A DNA stretch of 63,846 nt, filler included, from Choristocarpus tenellus KU-1152 (Eukaryota > Protista > Phaeophyceae): the NCBI GenBank assembly GCA_964200185.2. It is 14 parts of 14 records of this genome, joined end to end, with 100 filler letters (N's around TTAATTAATTAA, not from the genome) between each part and the next. Parts side by side here need not be neighbours in the genome. Positions count along the whole stretch, not along the records: positions 55,376 to 61,098 come from CAXNAD020009909.1; positions 61,199 to 63,846 come from CAXNAD020025979.1; 12 more parts are not named here. One strand, written 5' to 3'. The notes beneath the pieces were generated by a model. It searched no databases. It was not told the origin of the DNA and saw nothing but the letters and a program-made list of their open reading frames with translations. Positions 58,435-63,846 of this stretch are shown piece by piece (within the stretch, counting starts at the first letter, position 1; every line of letters starts with the position of its first letter). The translations under genes and the position numbers were made by a program.

Positions 58435-61400
58435 AGTATTATTTTAGTACCGTTTATCCCTTTTAAAGGGTACTGTGGGTGTCATCTGGACCGATATGTT
58501 TGTAGTTGTACTTCCAACGCCCATCAAATTGGATTTATTGATTTATTGATCTCTGATGGGTCGTGCAATTGTCTGTCACAAGCAAGATTACATAAGGTGT
58601 TTGTTAGATCTCTTGTCCTGCTCCTCCTGAACCCTATCCTCCCCCCCCTCCCCCATCCAGTGTCTGAGGACACCATCCCTAGCATGAACATTCCTTGACT
58701 GAATCCAATCACTGGCCAACTAGTACCTTACACGGTCCCCTCTAACCTTGACCCACCCCCCCTCACACACACACACACTTCTCCCTGGCCTGGCACAGTA
58801 GATTTTTCCAACAGAAATACACAGTTTATTCCTGTCCGACTTCAAAGTATGGCTTACCAACATAATACTAAGAGAAGGTCCTCACACTGCCGCTCCTCCT
58901 TGTCCACACTGCCACTAGCTATCCCTTTCCTCCCCATCCGCTGCTCACCTCCAACCTCCACCACCATCCGCCTTCTCTTCATGTGCAACTCCCATTTAAT
59001 TTTTTCTCTTCTAAAATATCTCTCCCAAAAACCATCGTTCATGAAAATTAAAAAATACACAATGGTGATGGGGGTGATGCCTTCTTTTGTGGTGGGGACT
59101 TGATACATGTATGACATCCACCTCGACACCAACGACACTGACACGTGACATGGTAAAAAAAACAAAAAAACTATGGGGCCCATTTTTTATTTTCTGTTCT
59201 GGACTCTGATGACCTCATGCTTTGATCCCTCATGCCAATGGGAAAGGCATGAGGTCATTCAGAGTATTGTGAGACACACCAATAAGGCGGTAATGGTATT
59301 GACTCCAAAAGGCAAGATTTCCAACAATGAATAGCACAGCATTTAGCCAATAGCATGGGTTGTGTATTCGCCCAGGAAGTCTATCTTTTTAAGTTGTTTC
59401 ATCCCTCTTGCTGTGTCGCCCCTTCCACACACATTCACTCTCTAGGTTGGAGGAGAGTTGTCACCAAGAGCTGCCCCTGTTGTTTCTGCCTGCTCAGCTG
59501 TCCATGCTGCTTAAGATACGTAAGATATTCACACTCGAACTTGAGACAGATGGGTTGGCGAGAAGTACAAAGATGTAGATAATTTATGATAGGCATTTGT
59601 TTTTAGTGTGGTGCAGTCATCATCAGAGTACTAGGATGATTCTCTGCCGGTGTAGTGTCCACCATAGAAGTCTCTTATCGACAGTATTATTGCCAGATTG
59701 GTACTATTCTTTTGTTTGTTGTTGAGCCATGCTCATTGCAAGGGATAGGGTTAGGTTAGGGGAGTGTAGGAGTCAAATAACTGTCACAATAAATAAGTGG
59801 GATCGACTTTTTTTCCGTGGGACATTGCACTACTACTGTAGGTCTACCGTTTTGTCACCCATACCACTGTTTTGGCCACATTTAAGCCAGAGGCTGATTG
59901 AACTACGGGGGAGTAGAGGAGGGGTAGACTTGATCAGCATACCGGTGGACGGTGTAGCAGACGTAACACTCCAGTTTTTCATGGATGCGTGTTCACAAAT
60001 TTCGTGTTTTTATACTTTTTGGGATGTTTATTTCTGTCTGTTTTTTTGGGTTAAAAAGGACTTCAGACTGATGGACTCCATCTTCGGGCTGAGGACTGGC
60101 ATTGAGTAAGGGTTTACTTCTTTTTATGCCTGCGATATGTAGTTCATTTAGTGTGGTTTGTTGCCGTTTACTTTGGTATATTATTATTTGATCTTTCTGA
60201 GGTGTCCCTGCACAGTGATGCACCAGACATGCCAAGATCGAAGGATGAAGGATGCATGCAATGAAGAGCAATGAATAATGACCATTTACATTGTTACTTA
60301 CTACCTGTTAGAAATGGGCTACATGTATTAACTACTTTTTATATTGGGTCAGTAGTCCTGCAACCATTCTTACTACCCCTTCCATTTCAGCATCACTCGT
60401 AACTATTGGTAAGAGTTCTATGTATATTGCGACAGTGTTATCACAGCAACCTGACAATGGTGATGATGGAAGGAAGGAAAGGGTGACGCAACCCGTAAGA
60501 AGTGCCCAACTTCTCTTTGTATGCGTCTGAAGACTAGGGGGGACAATGAAGTAGTCCTTAATTTATCGATTTGATTATTAAGGCATTTCCATGTTGGACA
60601 AACAGTGATAGATCTCATTTGTGATTCGCACATAATGAGGAGAAAAAAAGCATGCACAAAAATTTGTATGCAAAGGTCCAAGGAGTAGTGAAGATGTACA
60701 AATCGCATCTACCCAGAAATCTTGTACCACAAATCATGTACTGAGTACAACTCAATATTGACGAATGATGCACAAATTCCGATTTATCGAAATAGCCTTG
60801 TTGGTTGCCCATTACATAGACGATTTATTCTCAGGTAGATATCGCACACTATTTTATTAACAGACACACACACAAATATATATATATATATATATATTAC
60901 TTGTCCCTATTCGTCGGGGGAAGAGTATTGTTGTGTATTGGTAATCTGTCCCTACCTCATCTTGATGCACAAAATCTTATCTTATGGTTCAAGAAGAAAG
61001 AACGATCTTCTTGTACAAATCTCATTTTGTCATTTAGTAGGAAAGACTAATCGTGTGCAAGTCTTAGAACAGTGGATTTTAAAAATTGAGGATGGTTTNN
61101 NNNNNNNNNNNNNNNNNNNNNNNNNNNNNNNNNNNNNNNNNNTTAATTAATTAANNNNNNNNNNNNNNNNNNNNNNNNNNNNNNNNNNNNNNNNNNNNCT
61201 GAAATGGAAAAGATAAAAAAAAAACTTCGTAACCCCTCCAATGAAACCCTAACCCTAACCCCAACCCCAACCGCAACCAATAAAAACACCCTTCCACAGT
61301 TCACCAAAACCCCAATCAACAATACCCTACCTAACCCAAACCTATAGAGATAGATTCCTCTACAGTACAGCACAGTGCAGCCCAAACACTTACTTATCCC

Positions 61401-61542
61401 CTCACCACCGACAGACACAACTTCAACATCCACAACTGGTCCAAAACCAAACACCAATCAATCGCATCGCTCTCAACAGCACCACCACCATCACTCCAAA
61501 ACGCACTCTGCTAGGCCTCTCCCCCCCCTCTCCCCTTCTCAC

Positions 61543-63671
61543 CATTGACCGGCGTCTCCTTCACCAGCAGACTCTCCTTCAGAACGTTCACCACATCCCC
61601 GCTACACTCCACATGGTCCAGCGCAAAACCCATGGCCTCCTCCACCTTACTCCGGCTTGAAAATAAAATAAAATAGTTTGTTCTTATTCTTTGGGGTGTT
61701 TTTTTTTCTCTCTCTCTCAAGTTGAGGATGACTCCAATACATCCATCCACATCATCAACGAAACAAACCCCTCCCTTAAAACCTTCAATACATACGCCTG
61801 TCAATGGCGAATGTATCCATCCATCCATCCACCCACCCACCCACCCACCAAACTACAGGAGACTTGGTCACTACCTTGACAGTAAAATAGAAAAGACCAA
61901 AACTACAACCCGGTACATTTCAAGGGTTAGGGTTGGTATGCACTCACATCACCAAACCACAAAAAAAAAATTTACTAAATATCAACACAATGCGCATAAA
62001 AAAAAAAAAACACTTCAACATAGAACAACACACTACTTCACGTTAACAATATAACAATTCAACCCCCCCCCTCCCCCTACCCCCGTAACACTTAATAGCC
62101 TTCAAACCAACAACCCTCCTAATTTCACCACAATTTATTTCTTCACACAAATAATAAAAAAAGCTCTCACCTGTTGGTGAGTCCTCTCAGCAGCGCACTG
62201 AACCTCTCAAAGTCAGAATCACTGAGTTCCTCCCCCCCTCGATCCTTCTCACGAGCCTTCTCCAGCTCTCGACCAGTCGCATATTTATACCTGTGAATTG
62301 ACCACAACATACATACACACACACACACGCGCGCGCGCAAACATGTACCAAATACATACAAACACGAGTTCATCGCCTGTCTGTTATAGGTGTATCACAA
62401 TCCACCATCGATTGGGAGTTCCTAGAATAGTGCTACATACAATGACCAGCTAAACAGGAACAATTTAAGAATCAGTTGAACACAAACTGACTAAATATAT
62501 TATATATATATATATATTTTAAAGATCAAGATCCAGTATATTTTCACACATCATGTTACACAACAAACACGCTTTCATCCATCTCCAGGCCACCTGTGAC
62601 CTATTGCAAACATTTTTTATTAAAAAAAGAAATAGAACCATTTTCCAATCAGCTATTGGGAACATACAACAGAACAATAATACAATAAACACGCCCTTGC
62701 ATATCCATCATCCCATACACCCAACACCCAAATTGTCTACATAAACAACATACATCAAAAACACCAACATCATGATTATATACAAAAATAAAATAACAAC
62801 ACAAACAAACAAACACACACACACACAAATACACCTGTGTGCCCCTCCCCTTCAACAACACCACCCACAGACCATTTCAAACAAAACAGTACTGAATGCA
62901 CAATACACTAATGACATAATGCACACACACAACACTAAAATTAAACATTAAACTCATTTTTTTTTCTCCATCTACTGTTCTGAAAAAACACGACAGGTCA
63001 TTTCGGCAAATTCGAAATTTCAGATCGAAATTCTAGTAGAATTTTCCTACACTCCTCTTCAACCCCAATCGATCTGCGGTCTCTGTAGGAAAAGAACAAC
63101 AGTAGTCCAAAGATAGACACGTACACGCCTGCATACACTACATCAAACCCAAAGCGACTTCAAACAAGCCACGCCAACCTCTGCACCTCAACCAAACCAC
63201 ACCTGACTCCTCACCCCTGAGGACCCTGCCCCATTTCCCCAACTCTACTCCCCAACTCTTCAATGCCATCCATCACATACCCATCACATACAGATTCAAA
63301 AACATATTCAAAAACCAATTACTCAGTAACCCCCCAATCGCCTCACAATCTCTACAGTCCTACTCAGACATCCCTTACAATACACGTATAAAATCACCAC
63401 TATCGTGCCTATCATTAGATCAGGACTCATGTCCTCACTAATAGCAAACAATAGCCCCCCTCTCCCCCCCCAAGTGTACACACCTATTTCCCAGAACCTC
63501 CTGCTTGAGCTTGTTTGCCAGCTCATTCTCCCTGTTCCTTTCCTCCTCTTCACTGTCGCTCGAGGACGATTCCGGCTCTTCCGGCGGCACCCACCACGGT
63601 CCATTCGTAGTCATCTTGAAGGGCCGGTCGCTCCAGCGATTCTCCCTGTCACCCATCACAAGCGACCATAC
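61543..63671 (-). CDS. U2SURP: U2 snRNP-associated SURP protein (SR140/U2SURP/RRC1), internal exons
   Basis: Exons are 63671-63484 (VWSLVMGDRENRWSDRPFKMTTNGPWWVPP), 62290-62171 (..LSDSDFERFSALLRGLTN) and 61655-61543 (RSKVEEAMGFALDHVECSGDVVNVLKESLLVKETPV). Phases are compatible and they match the SURP-to-CID region of SR140. Confidence 0.87.
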
Positions 63672-63846
63672 CTTCAACAACAAACCACATTCAAGAGGGT
63701 ATCAGTGGGCATGAGGACCGGGGGAGAGAGTAAATGTATAGCCCAAAAACTGGTGGTGAAGCTATTTCGAGGATGAATCTGAGATTCCTGACAACAAGAT
63801 ACTACGGGGGGGGGGGGGCACAGGGCGGAAGTATGACATTGTAAGG

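Noticed and set aside
3980-61198. Regularly recurring TTAATTAATTAA palindrome flanked by N runs
   Set aside because: It is an artificial 100-nt contig linker, not biological. ORFs ending in ...XXXLIN are artefacts of it.
17065-63671. Apparent cluster of splicing and RNA-processing genes (AAR2, CLASRP, U2SURP, plus DDX31)
   Set aside because: Each gene lies on a different concatenated contig, so there is no evidence of physical linkage.
1-63846. tRNA or rRNA genes, viral (NCLDV) or bacterial inserts
   Set aside because: No cloverleaf, rRNA-like or intronless gene-dense segment was recognised by eye. tRNAscan-SE, Infernal and a viral HMM search would be needed to exclude them formally.

Overview
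This window is eukaryotic, intron-rich DNA; the gene content, intron sizes and TTAGGG repeats suggest a stramenopile such as a brown alga, which is inference. It is not a contiguous locus. Fourteen short contigs are joined by 13 artificial 100-nt spacers (44 N + TTAATTAATTAA + 44 N), so adjacency across spacers means nothing. Genes assembled by eye from GT-AG or GC-AG exons are: an M18 aspartyl aminopeptidase whose first large exon also encodes a hAT-type BED zinc finger; a DBP7/DDX31 helicase head-to-head with a P5A ATPase (SPF1/ATP13A1); AAR2; an NHX-type Na+/H+ exchanger; a complete but strongly divergent actin; CLASRP; an uncharacterised protein; a long Glu/Val/Ala repeat protein; a fatty-acyl-AMP-ligase plus ACP gene that looks damaged; and U2SURP. 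The rest is transposon debris: four related PIF/Harbinger-like MITE families with 3-bp TSDs, two foldback MITEs, an intron-containing IS630/Tc1-like DDE transposase, a DIRS-like remnant, a mariner remnant and Copia remnants, one of them with an inverted duplication. The best novelty candidates are the BED-finger/aminopeptidase fusion, the D-loop-deficient actin and the FAAL-ACP gene. No CRISPR array, RNA gene or prokaryote-type system was found.
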